DNA from: Alphaproteobacteria bacterium
GTDB lineage: Bacteria; Pseudomonadota; Alphaproteobacteria; RF32; CAG-239
Direction: 5' to 3'
Assembly: GCA_015062535.1 (NCBI GenBank)
Contig: SUUK01000001.1
Location: 399,055 to 463,054, forward strand
DNA: 64,000 nucleotides
Position 1 is the stretch's first letter, and each line of letters starts with the position of its first letter. The notes beneath the pieces were generated by a model. The model was given only the letters and a program-made list of their open reading frames with translations. It was not told the DNA's origin and ran no database searches. This document shows positions 39,303 to 48,848 of this stretch, piece by piece. A program made the translations under genes and the position numbers.

Positions 39303-39581
39303 ATGGCAGTAAAAGTCAAGGCGTTAATTACGCTTGTGGTTGGAAAAGCTCAGGAGTTCGCTCCTGGGCAAGAGTGTGAAGTTTCTGATGAGGAAGCAAA
39401 ACGTTTGATATCTTTAGGGTTTGCCGAAAGAGTTAAAAAGGCTCCGGCAACACAAAATCCGCCACAAAAACCTCAAGTAAAACCTGAAGAAAAGCAAGGA
39501 GCAAACAATGACAATAAACCCGATGATAGCAAAAGCGGTGGACAGTCTGTTCCTGAGACTGGGGCAACCGGCGGAGTATAA
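39303..39581 (+). CDS. hypothetical head-module protein (FI-position)
   Basis: 92 aa with a Pro/Lys-rich C-terminus. Confidence 0.3.
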   Translation: MAVKVKALITLVVGKAQEFAPGQECEVSDEEAKRLISLGFAERVKKAPATQNPPQKPQVKPEEKQGANNDNKPDDSKSGGQSVPETGATGGV

Positions 39582-39807
39582 CGGTAGGACCGTTCCGATC
39601 TTAGTCTTTGCACCTGATGAAATGGGAGAAGTTGGTTTTGCGAATACCATTTCTCCCACAACTTTAATCAGAGTAAGGGTTTCTGATGCACCTGATTTGG
39701 CCGTTGGCGACACATTTGAATGTGGCGGTGCGACATATCGTGTTATGTCAGATCCAAGACGAGAACAACACCGACTTGTGTGGCGTGCGGAGGTATCATG
39801 CGACTAA
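39523..39807 (+). CDS. head-tail joining / head completion protein (FII-position)
   Basis: ..VGDTFECGGATYRVMSDP.. motif. Start assumed at MIAKAV. Confidence 0.4.
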   Translation: MIAKAVDSLFLRLGQPAEYNGRTVPILVFAPDEMGEVGFANTISPTTLIRVRVSDAPDLAVGDTFECGGATYRVMSDPRREQHRLVWRAEVSCD

Positions 39808-40373
39808 AAGCGGCACTTGAAGGGAACTTGGAAGAATATATGGAAGAACACTATCGGTCGGGAGCTGAAGCTGTCACAAACGGTATCAGGCAAGCGACCG
39901 ATGGGCTAAAAACCACGATGAGAAATCAAATAAAAGCCGCAGGTTTGGGTAATCGGTTGGCTAATACTTGGCGTGGTGATACGTATCCTAAATCTAAAAA
40001 GAGTATCTCTGCCGCAGGTGTCGTTTATACCAAAGCACCTAAAATTATGGAAGGCTTTGAATTTGCAAGTGTCATTCGCTCGCCCAATGGCTTTTGGCTT
40101 GCCGTCCCAACAACGGCAATTAAAAAAAGAGCCTACGGAAAACGGATGACACCGGCACTTTATGAAAGGTCTAAAGGTGTCCGACTTCGGTTCGTTTATC
40201 GTTCACGAGGTGCTTCGTTCTTGGTTCATGAACAACGGAAAAAGACGATCATCACCTTTATTCTTGTCCCTCAGGTCAAGATGCCCAAAATCATCAACTT
40301 TGAAACAGAAAGCAAAAAGTGGCAGGAAAAAGTCCCGTCACTCATCGTTCAGAATTGGAGTGAAGATGACTAA
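39798..40373 (+). CDS. tail completion protein, gpZ-like
   Basis: ATG at 39798 overlaps the upstream stop (ATGCGACTAA). 191 aa matches lambda Z (192 aa) in size and position. Confidence 0.4.
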   Translation: MRLKAALEGNLEEYMEEHYRSGAEAVTNGIRQATDGLKTTMRNQIKAAGLGNRLANTWRGDTYPKSKKSISAAGVVYTKAPKIMEGFEFASVIRSPNGFWLAVPTTAIKKRAYGKRMTPALYERSKGVRLRFVYRSRGASFLVHEQRKKTIITFILVPQVKMPKIINFETESKKWQEKVPSLIVQNWSEDD

Positions 40374-40791
40374 ACGAGAAATGATACTAAATGCCTTATT
40401 TGCAAGGCTTAAAACACTAGATGTTGTGGTTAAAAGGAACGAAATTGCTCCTCAAAAAATACCAGCATCAGGGCTTGTGATTATGCGAGACGGCAAACAA
40501 GGTGTTCCGGAAATACTTCTGTCTCCACCGATTTGCCTATTTAATCATGAGGCCGAAGTCGAGGTCATTGTCCAAGCGGTTAAATCCGAAGACAGAGATA
40601 AACTCTTGGATGAACTACTCGAAAAAATTGGTGAGTTGCTCTCATCAGATGTAAACCTGACCGGTTTGACGGACTTTATTTATCCCAAACCGCCCGAAAT
40701 TATTGAGGAGTATATAGAAGGTGCTCCGTTAATTAAGGCGGCTGTTATCCCAGTGGTTTTACAGTATTCAACAACAAACGCATTAAAATGA
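40366..40791 (+). CDS. tail terminator protein, gpU-like
   Basis: 141 aa, start overlaps the upstream stop (GATGACTAA). Confidence 0.4.
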   Translation: MTKREMILNALFARLKTLDVVVKRNEIAPQKIPASGLVIMRDGKQGVPEILLSPPICLFNHEAEVEVIVQAVKSEDRDKLLDELLEKIGELLSSDVNLTGLTDFIYPKPPEIIEEYIEGAPLIKAAVIPVVLQYSTTNALK

Positions 40792-40916
40792 AACTGAACG
40801 AGGTAATTGCTTATTGACGAACGTTGTTAGTGAGGAAATTAGCAATACCGGTTCAATTACGTGGATTTTTATAAAAATTTAAAATCAAACTCTATGAAAA
40901 CGAAAGGAAATCAAAG

Positions 40917-41858
40917 ATGGCTAGAGCTTATGGCTGGAATGCCAAATTATTAATTGCTGAAGAAAGTACCTACGGCACACTTTCGGACGGTAAATACACG
41001 CAAGTGCCGTTTGCATCAAGCACCATAGATAGTGAGCAAGGTTTGATTTCATCTAACGTGTTGGGATTGGGTCGAGACCCGACAACACCTTTTCAAGATG
41101 TCATCAACGTTGGTGGCGAACTGGCGGTACCGGTGGATTTAAGAAACATCGGTATTTGGCTCAAGGCTATCTTTGGGACACCAACAACAGCCGAAGATGG
41201 TAGTGCTTTTACGCATACATTTGAAAGTGGCAAGGTTTCTCTGCCCAGTTATACGTTAGAAGTTGGCTTACCCGAAGTACCGGAGTTTATTCGTTTCTTG
41301 GGTGTCAAGGCTGACAGCATCGCCTTTAACTTCGCCCGATCCGGTGAAGCCCAAGTAACGGTGTCCTTATTGGCCCAAGGTGAAACAGCCTCAAACACAA
41401 CTATTGCGGTAAGTCCCGATGTGCTTTCTTACACCCGTTTTTCTCAATTCCAAGGCTTCATCAAGTCTGAAGGTAAAGCATTGGCCAATATTACATCGGC
41501 AAGCGTTACTTACTCAAATAACCTTGAAAAGATTGAAACAATCCGAAATGACGGAAAAGTAGAAGCCATTGACTTGGGCGTTGCTTCTTTGTCCGGTTCG
41601 ATTTCGGTCAGGTATGGTAACAATGCCTTAATGGATAAGGCTCGTGCCGGTACTCCGGTTGATTTAGAACTCGGCTATCAAATTTCAGACACTCAAAAAC
41701 TGGTCATAACCTGTCATGAGGTCTATCTGCCCAAACCAAAACGCTCGGTGAATGGTCCGGGTGGTGTTGAGTGTTCCTATGACTTCCAAGGAGCCAAGGA
41801 ACCGACACTTGGCAAAATGATTACTGTTTCACTCGTTAATGATGTGGAGGCTTACTGA
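40917..41858 (+). CDS. major tail (tube) protein, gpV-like
   Basis: 313 aa in the position preceding the G/GT chaperones. Confidence 0.6.
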   Translation: MARAYGWNAKLLIAEESTYGTLSDGKYTQVPFASSTIDSEQGLISSNVLGLGRDPTTPFQDVINVGGELAVPVDLRNIGIWLKAIFGTPTTAEDGSAFTHTFESGKVSLPSYTLEVGLPEVPEFIRFLGVKADSIAFNFARSGEAQVTVSLLAQGETASNTTIAVSPDVLSYTRFSQFQGFIKSEGKALANITSASVTYSNNLEKIETIRNDGKVEAIDLGVASLSGSISVRYGNNALMDKARAGTPVDLELGYQISDTQKLVITCHEVYLPKPKRSVNGPGGVECSYDFQGAKEPTLGKMITVSLVNDVEAY

Positions 41859-42391
41859 TGTTAAAACTTAAAATTCAAAAAGAACCTTACTGGCTAGAGC
41901 TTGGATCCGGTGTAAAGGTTAAAGTAAAACCTTGCACTTCGGCTGTATTTTATGAAGCAAAAGCTTTTATGAATAACCGAGTGGCAGAAACAGCGAAACT
42001 TTACAAAAGCAATAAAGAAAACGGCATCAACGATCCGTCAATTCCCAATTTGGAAGATGTTTCAAAACGTGAAGCCTTTGCCGATCAGAACTTAATTCTC
42101 GGTTTAGCATTGGCCGGCATCATAGAATGGGACGGTGTTTTGGAAGCAGAAAGTGATGAAAAAGCACCGCTTACACCTGAAAAAATTGAAGAGTTATTTT
42201 CAAACTTTTGGGTGGTGGCAGAAAACTTCCGTCAACAATACTGTGGCATTCAGGAGATTTTAGAGGCCGAAAAAAACGCCTTTACGTCCGCTCAAAATGG
42301 CACTTCGGAGACGGACGAACCTACTGCCAAGGATGTGGCGAAAAAACAAACTGCCCAATCCACAAGTGCCGATACATCGAAACAAGCTTAA
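41858..42391 (+). CDS. tail assembly chaperone gpG-like
   Basis: 177 aa, acidic, immediately upstream of the tape measure. Confidence 0.6.
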   Translation: MLKLKIQKEPYWLELGSGVKVKVKPCTSAVFYEAKAFMNNRVAETAKLYKSNKENGINDPSIPNLEDVSKREAFADQNLILGLALAGIIEWDGVLEAESDEKAPLTPEKIEELFSNFWVVAENFRQQYCGIQEILEAEKNAFTSAQNGTSETDEPTAKDVAKKQTAQSTSADTSKQA

Positions 42392-42582
42392 AAACAGTGG
42401 AAGGTTATCAGGCTTGGGAGGTTTTGCTTAAACTTTCTGAGCCTGACTTGAAAACGGCTTTTGAAATTGCTCAAAACCTTGGATTTGACATGGCAATAAT
42501 GACAGAACTCTTACCCACAGCCATACATGGCATGAAAGAAGGAATACATGGGAGCAGCAAAGAAACTATCCATCAGACTTGA
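41858..42582 (+). CDS. tail assembly chaperone G-T fusion made by programmed -1 frameshift (putative)
   Basis: A -1 frame ORF (42208..42582) overlaps the 3' end of G. The A-rich run GCGAAAAAACAAA at 42338-42350 in the overlap is the candidate slippery site. Confidence 0.4.
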
Positions 42583-45166
42583 GGCAGTTGGCGGTGATAA
42601 AGTCCGTCAGGAGTTTAAGTCCATTGGGACGGACGGCACAAAGGCTTTTCGTCAGATTACGAACGTCATTACACCGGCCAATGACAACCTGAAAGTCATA
42701 AATGAAACGGCCAAAACCTTTAATGGCGTACTAAAACAAGCGGCAGGTCTTGCCGGAGCCTACCTCGGTTTACGTGGTTTAACCTCAACATTTAAGTCAA
42801 TTGTCGGAGTTAATGCCGAATTTGAAAGATTATCAGGTTCATTAAAAACTGTGACCGGTTCGGCAAAAGCGGCAAAGGAAGCATTTTCTTTAATTGAAGA
42901 CTTTGCCACATCAACCCCGTATCAACTTGATGAAATCGTTGATAGCTTTATCCGATTAAAGGCGATGGGCTTGGAACCCTCAATGGAAGCCTTAACCTCT
43001 TATGGTAATACGGCATCAGCCTTTGGTAAGAACATCTTGGAGTTTGTTTCTGCCGTAACTTCTGCAACCGTTGGCGAATTTGAAAGACTGAAAACCTTTG
43101 GTATCAAAGCCAAAGTTGAAGGTGAATCAGTTAAGTTCATCTTCCAAGGCGTTACAACAGAAGTGGCTAAAAATGCAACCGAAATCGAACGATATTTGCG
43201 ATCTATCGGAAACATTAACTTCGGTGGAGCTATGGCTGAACAGATGAACACCATGGGCGGAACGATGTCAAACATTGAAGATGCCATGGCAAAAGTTGCC
43301 CGAACCATTGGTGAAAGCGGACTAAATGATGCCATTAAAGGTGTGTTGGAACAATTTAACACGCTTGTATCCGGTTCAAACAGTACCGCAAAATCTATCG
43401 GTGGTGCTTTGGCAACGGCTGTAAATGTAGCAGGCAAAGCCTTTTTTGCTTTGGCCAATAATATCGAACCGATTATCACACTTTTGACCGTTCGGTTGGG
43501 TGCAGCTGCTATCGTCAAAACTTGGACACTTCTTAAAGGTTCAGTTTTAGCTCTGAATGCCGCTCTTCTTGGAACCGGGACAGCTGGAGCTACAGCAACG
43601 CTCGGTCTTCGTATGATGTGGCAGGTTTCAAAACTGGCCGCCGTTCAGATGTATGCAACAACTGTTGCTGCCAATGTTTTGAAAGGTGCATTGGCTCTTC
43701 TTGGTGGTCCTGCCGGCCTTGTTTTAGCACTGGCTTATGGTCTTTATAAGCTCGTGGATAGTCACGATGTGGCAAAGCGTGCCGCCAATGATCATGCCGA
43801 CACATTGCAAAAACTCAAAGATCAAATGGCAGAAACCGTCAAGGAAACTTCGACTTATATGAATACTCTGTCGAAGAACCAAGCCATTGCCGAATGGTCG
43901 CACAAGCTAAAAATCGCAGAAAAGAACGTCAAAGACCTTGAAAAAGAGCTAAAAAACACCGGCGGTATCTCATTTTTCAAACGTCATGCTCCGAACTTTA
44001 TGCTTGATGAATACGAGATTTTTGCAAACGATTTGGCTGAAATCCTCTCTGAATCAAAGTATAACCTTGATGAGTATGAGAAAAAGGTTTGGGAACTGGC
44101 AGCGGAATATCCTGATTTCAAACCACAAGCTGATGCCATTCAAGAAAAGTTGTTGCTCTTAAAGGCGGCTCGACAAGATGCTTGGGATGCCCGAAAGGAA
44201 CTGGAATACATCAACAACCCGGAGCTTCGACCTAAAAAAGAACTGGAACAACAGACCGAGCAACTGCCGACCGTTGACACTTCGGCTTATGAGAAAAACA
44301 TAGAGGACATAAAAAAGAAAGTCTTTGAACTTCAGGAGCCATATGATCAGGCTATGCAAAAAGCGGCCGAATGGCGTGATAATGCTTTGGCGAACCTTGA
44401 CAGCACTAAGGCCGGGTATGAAGATTTCAAGGCTGATGTTAATCGTGTTTATGATGATATGGTCAAAAAAGCAAGTGATGCCGCTTTGAAAAGCTCAACC
44501 AATTGGAAAGACGGTCTCACTCGCAGTTTGCAAAGTTCATATGCAGATGTGACCGATATGGCAAAGGCAACTGAGAACATTGTAAAAAACTCTTTTACCG
44601 CCATGGAGGACACTCTGACCGAGTTCGTCATGACAGGCAAAGCCAGTTTTTCGGATTTTGTTAATTCTATTGTTGAAGGTATGGTCCGGATGGCCATTCA
44701 ATATGCCGTTATCAAACCCATCATGAGTGGGATAATGGGATACTTTGGCGTGCCTATGGCCCATACGGGAGGTGTAATTGGTACGGATACTTTATCTTCT
44801 CGGCAGATTAGTCCTGATGTTTTTGAAGGTGCTCCTCGCTATCATACCGGCGGTTTGGTCGGAGACGAAATCCCGATCATCGCAAAACGTGGAGAAACCG
44901 TCTTCACAAAAGGACAAATGGACGCACTTGGGACCGAGTTAAACTCAAAAAATCCCGTCAATGTCAATGTTAATGTTCACAATAACGCATCAGGCACAAA
45001 GGCTTCAGCATCTGCAAATAAAGATGCTCAAGGCAACGTGTCTATTGATGTGATTGTTGAGCAAATAGAAAGCACAATTGGTAAAAACATATCTAAAGGC
45101 GAAGGTTTATCGCCGATTTTAGAACAACGTTATGCCCTTAATCCGGCATTTGGGAGTTATCGATGA
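42548..45166 (+). CDS. tail tape measure protein
   Basis: 872 aa, Ala/Gly-rich and helical, with a central hydrophobic segment. Confidence 0.85.
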   Translation: MGAAKKLSIRLEAVGGDKVRQEFKSIGTDGTKAFRQITNVITPANDNLKVINETAKTFNGVLKQAAGLAGAYLGLRGLTSTFKSIVGVNAEFERLSGSLKTVTGSAKAAKEAFSLIEDFATSTPYQLDEIVDSFIRLKAMGLEPSMEALTSYGNTASAFGKNILEFVSAVTSATVGEFERLKTFGIKAKVEGESVKFIFQGVTTEVAKNATEIERYLRSIGNINFGGAMAEQMNTMGGTMSNIEDAMAKVARTIGESGLNDAIKGVLEQFNTLVSGSNSTAKSIGGALATAVNVAGKAFFALANNIEPIITLLTVRLGAAAIVKTWTLLKGSVLALNAALLGTGTAGATATLGLRMMWQVSKLAAVQMYATTVAANVLKGALALLGGPAGLVLALAYGLYKLVDSHDVAKRAANDHADTLQKLKDQMAETVKETSTYMNTLSKNQAIAEWSHKLKIAEKNVKDLEKELKNTGGISFFKRHAPNFMLDEYEIFANDLAEILSESKYNLDEYEKKVWELAAEYPDFKPQADAIQEKLLLLKAARQDAWDARKELEYINNPELRPKKELEQQTEQLPTVDTSAYEKNIEDIKKKVFELQEPYDQAMQKAAEWRDNALANLDSTKAGYEDFKADVNRVYDDMVKKASDAALKSSTNWKDGLTRSLQSSYADVTDMAKATENIVKNSFTAMEDTLTEFVMTGKASFSDFVNSIVEGMVRMAIQYAVIKPIMSGIMGYFGVPMAHTGGVIGTDTLSSRQISPDVFEGAPRYHTGGLVGDEIPIIAKRGETVFTKGQMDALGTELNSKNPVNVNVNVHNNASGTKASASANKDAQGNVSIDVIVEQIESTIGKNISKGEGLSPILEQRYALNPAFGSYR

Positions 45167-45645
45167 CAGTATATTTTCCACAACATCTGCCTTACCCGAC
45201 AACGGAAGGATATGCAATTAAACCCGGAGAAGCCATTGTGCGAACCGACATGGAATCAGGTCCAGCAAGACAAAGGCGGCGTTATACTCAAACGCCGTCT
45301 AAAATTTCGGTGCGGTGGGTGATGAACCGAGAGCAATTTTCTCTTTTCGAGGCTTGGTATAAATACCATGCAAAGGAAGGAGCCGAATGGTTTTACATCA
45401 CATTGCTTGGTGGTTTGGGCTTATTGGAGCAAGAAGCTCGCTTTACCCAACAGTTCGAGGCAAAACTCCTAAACGGCTATTTGTGGGAAATAACCTCTGA
45501 ACTTGAAATCCGAGATCGTCCGACCTTATCCGAGGGTGCATTAAACATTCTATTAGACTGCGATTACGATAAATTGGTCTTGGCCGTCAATCGCTTACAC
45601 GAATATGTCCATGTGACCTGTCCAAAACAAATAGAGGATTTATAA
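45163..45645 (+). CDS. minor tail protein, gpM-like
   Basis: 160 aa coupled to the tape-measure gene. Confidence 0.45.
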   Translation: MTVYFPQHLPYPTTEGYAIKPGEAIVRTDMESGPARQRRRYTQTPSKISVRWVMNREQFSLFEAWYKYHAKEGAEWFYITLLGGLGLLEQEARFTQQFEAKLLNGYLWEITSELEIRDRPTLSEGALNILLDCDYDKLVLAVNRLHEYVHVTCPKQIEDL

Positions 45646-45646
45646 C

Positions 45647-46483
45647 ATGAATATGGAAGAACGATTACAAGCCGTTGTGTCTCAGGCCGAGACTGACGGC
45701 TCCCTTTGGCATACGATAATTCATGGAAACAATGCCACATCTGTATCTACAGAAAACGGAAAAGTTCCATCTGTTGCTAAACAACTAAAAGATGTAAGAG
45801 ATGAATTAATAAATGGAGCGGCTGATTATTTGGGTTCATGTTTGCAAGCTAAAACAGAAACGACAGCTGTTCGGGACAATGCACTTGTGATAAAATCTCA
45901 AATAGAAGAGTTAAAAGCCGACACCCAAGAGTTTAGAAATACGGCAGAGAGCTATAAAAATATGGCTCAAACGACATTCAATTCGGTGTCATCCGCTGTA
46001 TCTCAAGGAATTGCTGATATCCAAACAGAAGGATCCACACAAATTTCACAGGTAAAACAGGCCGCCGCCGAACAAGTGGCAGAAGCAACAGCACAAGCAG
46101 ACAGAGCAGAAAATGCCGTCGACAGTAAATTAAATATTGATTGTTCAAATATAAATTTGAATAGCTTACTAAAAACCTGCAAATTTACATCTAATGATAA
46201 TGGAACAGTTATTAAATTTCCAACTATTTTAGCAGATAACACAGTAAGAATAATTATCGTTCAATTTGGAAAAATTGTTGTTAATGGCGATAGTCAAGCT
46301 AGTTTTACGTTCCCCGAAGCTTTTCCAACGGCAGTAATATCAACTCAAGCAACTTTCTATTATGGTTTTAATAATGGAAGCGATGCAGGATGTGGAGTTC
46401 ATTCGGTAACTTTAACTGGTGGAATTGCTCAAAATGGTTGCAATTGGCAACTTGGAATTGGGTGGATGGCAATAGGTTATTAA
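45647..46483 (+). CDS. tail fibre protein, paralogue 1
   Basis: N-terminus MNMEERLQAVVSQAETDGSLWHTIIHGNN is shared with three downstream paralogues. The C-terminus is unique. Confidence 0.6.
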   Translation: MNMEERLQAVVSQAETDGSLWHTIIHGNNATSVSTENGKVPSVAKQLKDVRDELINGAADYLGSCLQAKTETTAVRDNALVIKSQIEELKADTQEFRNTAESYKNMAQTTFNSVSSAVSQGIADIQTEGSTQISQVKQAAAEQVAEATAQADRAENAVDSKLNIDCSNINLNSLLKTCKFTSNDNGTVIKFPTILADNTVRIIIVQFGKIVVNGDSQASFTFPEAFPTAVISTQATFYYGFNNGSDAGCGVHSVTLTGGIAQNGCNWQLGIGWMAIGY

Positions 46484-46494
46484 GGATTTATAAG

Positions 46495-47301
46495 ATGAAT
46501 ATGGAAGAAAGACTTCAAGCCGTTGTGTTTCAGGCTGAAACAGACGGTTCGCTTTGGCATACGATAATTCATGGAAACAATGCCACATCTGTATCTACAG
46601 AAAACGGAAAAGTCCCGTCTGTTGCCAAACAACTAAAAGATGTAAGAGATGAATTGATAAACGGAGCTGCTGACTATTTAGGATCATGTTTACAGGCAAA
46701 GACTGAAACGACTGCTGTTCGGGACAATGCTCTTGTTATTAAATCTCAAATCGAAGAGCTCAAAACCGACACTCAAGAGTTTAGAGATACGGCCGAAAGC
46801 TATAAAAATATGGCTCAGACGACCTTTAATTCGGTGTCTTCTGCCGTTTCAAAGGGAATTTCTGATATTCAAGCCGAAGGTACAGCTCAAGTTTCTAACG
46901 TAAAAACAGCGGTGGCAGAACAAGTGGCTGAAGCAACTGCTCAGGCTGATAGAGCCGAAAATGCTGTTGACAGTAAGGTTGAAACCGACTTGTCAAATAT
47001 AACAAAAACTACTTTGTTTTCAAAAATGTTTACAACATACATCAATGGCACAACATGGTATCGGGTTTGGCCGGATGGATGGATAGAACAAGGTGGTGTT
47101 GCGGCAAAAGGCGGAAGTGTCAGCATTACATTCCCCAAAGCATTCAAAAATACAAGTTATACAGCTATCGCAACATCCATGGGAACAAACGGTGAAATTT
47201 ACGCTCAATGTATAAATAAAGTTTCTGCAACACAGATGAACATACATAATAGTGGCGGAAGTTCAAATTTACAAAAATCATGGTATGCATGTGGCTTCTA
47301 A
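46495..47301 (+). CDS. tail fibre protein, paralogue 2
   Basis: The first 160 aa or so are about 95% identical to paralogue 1. The C-terminus carries the WYRVWPDGWIEQGG motif. Confidence 0.6.
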   Translation: MNMEERLQAVVFQAETDGSLWHTIIHGNNATSVSTENGKVPSVAKQLKDVRDELINGAADYLGSCLQAKTETTAVRDNALVIKSQIEELKTDTQEFRDTAESYKNMAQTTFNSVSSAVSKGISDIQAEGTAQVSNVKTAVAEQVAEATAQADRAENAVDSKVETDLSNITKTTLFSKMFTTYINGTTWYRVWPDGWIEQGGVAAKGGSVSITFPKAFKNTSYTAIATSMGTNGEIYAQCINKVSATQMNIHNSGGSSNLQKSWYACGF

Positions 47302-47313
47302 AGAGGATTAATC

Positions 47314-48837
47314 ATGGCAAATATGGAAGAAAAACTTCAAGCCGTTGTCTCGCAGGCAGAGATAGATGGTTCAAAATGGCATTCAATTGTTCATGGCGAT
47401 GAAAATACGACAATTCAAACAGAAAATGGAAATGTTCCTACAGTAGCCAAGCAATTAAAAGATATTCGTGATGCGATAACCGGCGGTGTTTCTGATGTTG
47501 TAGCTGAGGCAGAAGCGGCTCGTGATGAAGCCATTGCTGCAAAAAATGCAACAAATCAGTTAAAGTCGCAGACAAATACGATTAAAACAGAAACAGCACA
47601 ATTAAAAGCGGATACTTTGGCCATCAAAAATCAGGCTATTGAAGTGTTTAATAACATATCAACAGCAACTGATACGTCTATTCTAAATATCCAAACAGAA
47701 GGAAATACCCAAATATCAAGTATCAAAAACACAGGAACAACACAGATCAGTACCATAAATTCTACTGCGACAACACAAATAAGTTCTATTAATTCAACAG
47801 GAACAACACAAGTAAACAGAGTTAAAACGGAAGCAAATAATCAAATTGCGTTGGCAACTGAACAGGCAAATCTTTCTAAATATTATGCCGAAGCCTGTGC
47901 TCCAACACCTCTTGGCTCTAAGTTAACGGTTCCTGGAAACTCAAAAGTTCCGGACGGATATGAGCCTGTTTGGTATAAAAATACAATTACCAGAGCAAGG
48001 TATCCGGACTTTTTTGAGCAATTAGTCGATACAAATTCTCTGGTATTGGTCACTGAGGACACATACGACAGTCAGGTTTCAACCTTTGGAATGTGTGCCA
48101 GTTATGTAAAGATTGATACAAATACCCTTATTTTACCACTATTAGTGAATTTTGGGCGTGGCGGTAATTTGGATCAGTTAGGTGGTGTTCAAAATGACCA
48201 ATTTCAAGGTCACTATCACATATCACAGGCTCGTCAGGATACATATGGTTCAGGAGATGGTGCTGGTCTTTATCCTACGAGTGGCTCAGACGAAGGCTTA
48301 AGACAAGATGGTCCCGACTTGAAAATCTTAAATCCTAAAACTGGTGCTCATGGAACTGCTCGATTTGGTGATGAAACTCGGCCAAAGGCTTACTATGAGC
48401 TAACTTATATCAAATGTGCGGACATTAGTCGACCTTTAAACTCGGAGGAAACTTCAGAAATACGAACACAATTTGCAAGAATTGAGACTCTTTTAGCAAG
48501 TATTCCTTATATTGTGGCAGAGCAAAAAGGACTAAACTGGTATATAAAATGGTCTAATGGGGTTTTAGAACAAGGTGGAATATATGGAAGTAGCTCTTCT
48601 TACGTAAAGGCTGATAGTTCAATCACACTAACTTTTAATAGTAGTTTTATTAATACCAATTACATATTTGTAAACACAGTAACTGGTAACTCCACTGCTG
48701 ATAGTGGTTGGTGTAGCGGTGCTTTTTTTGAAATCGAAGGAAAAAGAACAGCATCAAATATTATATTAAATACAGATGGTATTGCCTCAAATAGGGTTTA
48801 CCGAATGAATTGGTATGCACGAGGCTATTGGAAATAA
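47314..48837 (+). CDS. tail fibre protein, paralogue 3
   Basis: N-terminus MANMEEKLQAVVSQAE. It shares a roughly 250-aa N-terminal region with paralogue 4 and has a C-terminal NWYIKWSNGVLEQGG motif. Confidence 0.6.
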   Translation: MANMEEKLQAVVSQAEIDGSKWHSIVHGDENTTIQTENGNVPTVAKQLKDIRDAITGGVSDVVAEAEAARDEAIAAKNATNQLKSQTNTIKTETAQLKADTLAIKNQAIEVFNNISTATDTSILNIQTEGNTQISSIKNTGTTQISTINSTATTQISSINSTGTTQVNRVKTEANNQIALATEQANLSKYYAEACAPTPLGSKLTVPGNSKVPDGYEPVWYKNTITRARYPDFFEQLVDTNSLVLVTEDTYDSQVSTFGMCASYVKIDTNTLILPLLVNFGRGGNLDQLGGVQNDQFQGHYHISQARQDTYGSGDGAGLYPTSGSDEGLRQDGPDLKILNPKTGAHGTARFGDETRPKAYYELTYIKCADISRPLNSEETSEIRTQFARIETLLASIPYIVAEQKGLNWYIKWSNGVLEQGGIYGSSSSYVKADSSITLTFNSSFINTNYIFVNTVTGNSTADSGWCSGAFFEIEGKRTASNIILNTDGIASNRVYRMNWYARGYWK

Positions 48838-48848
48838 GGAATACTATA

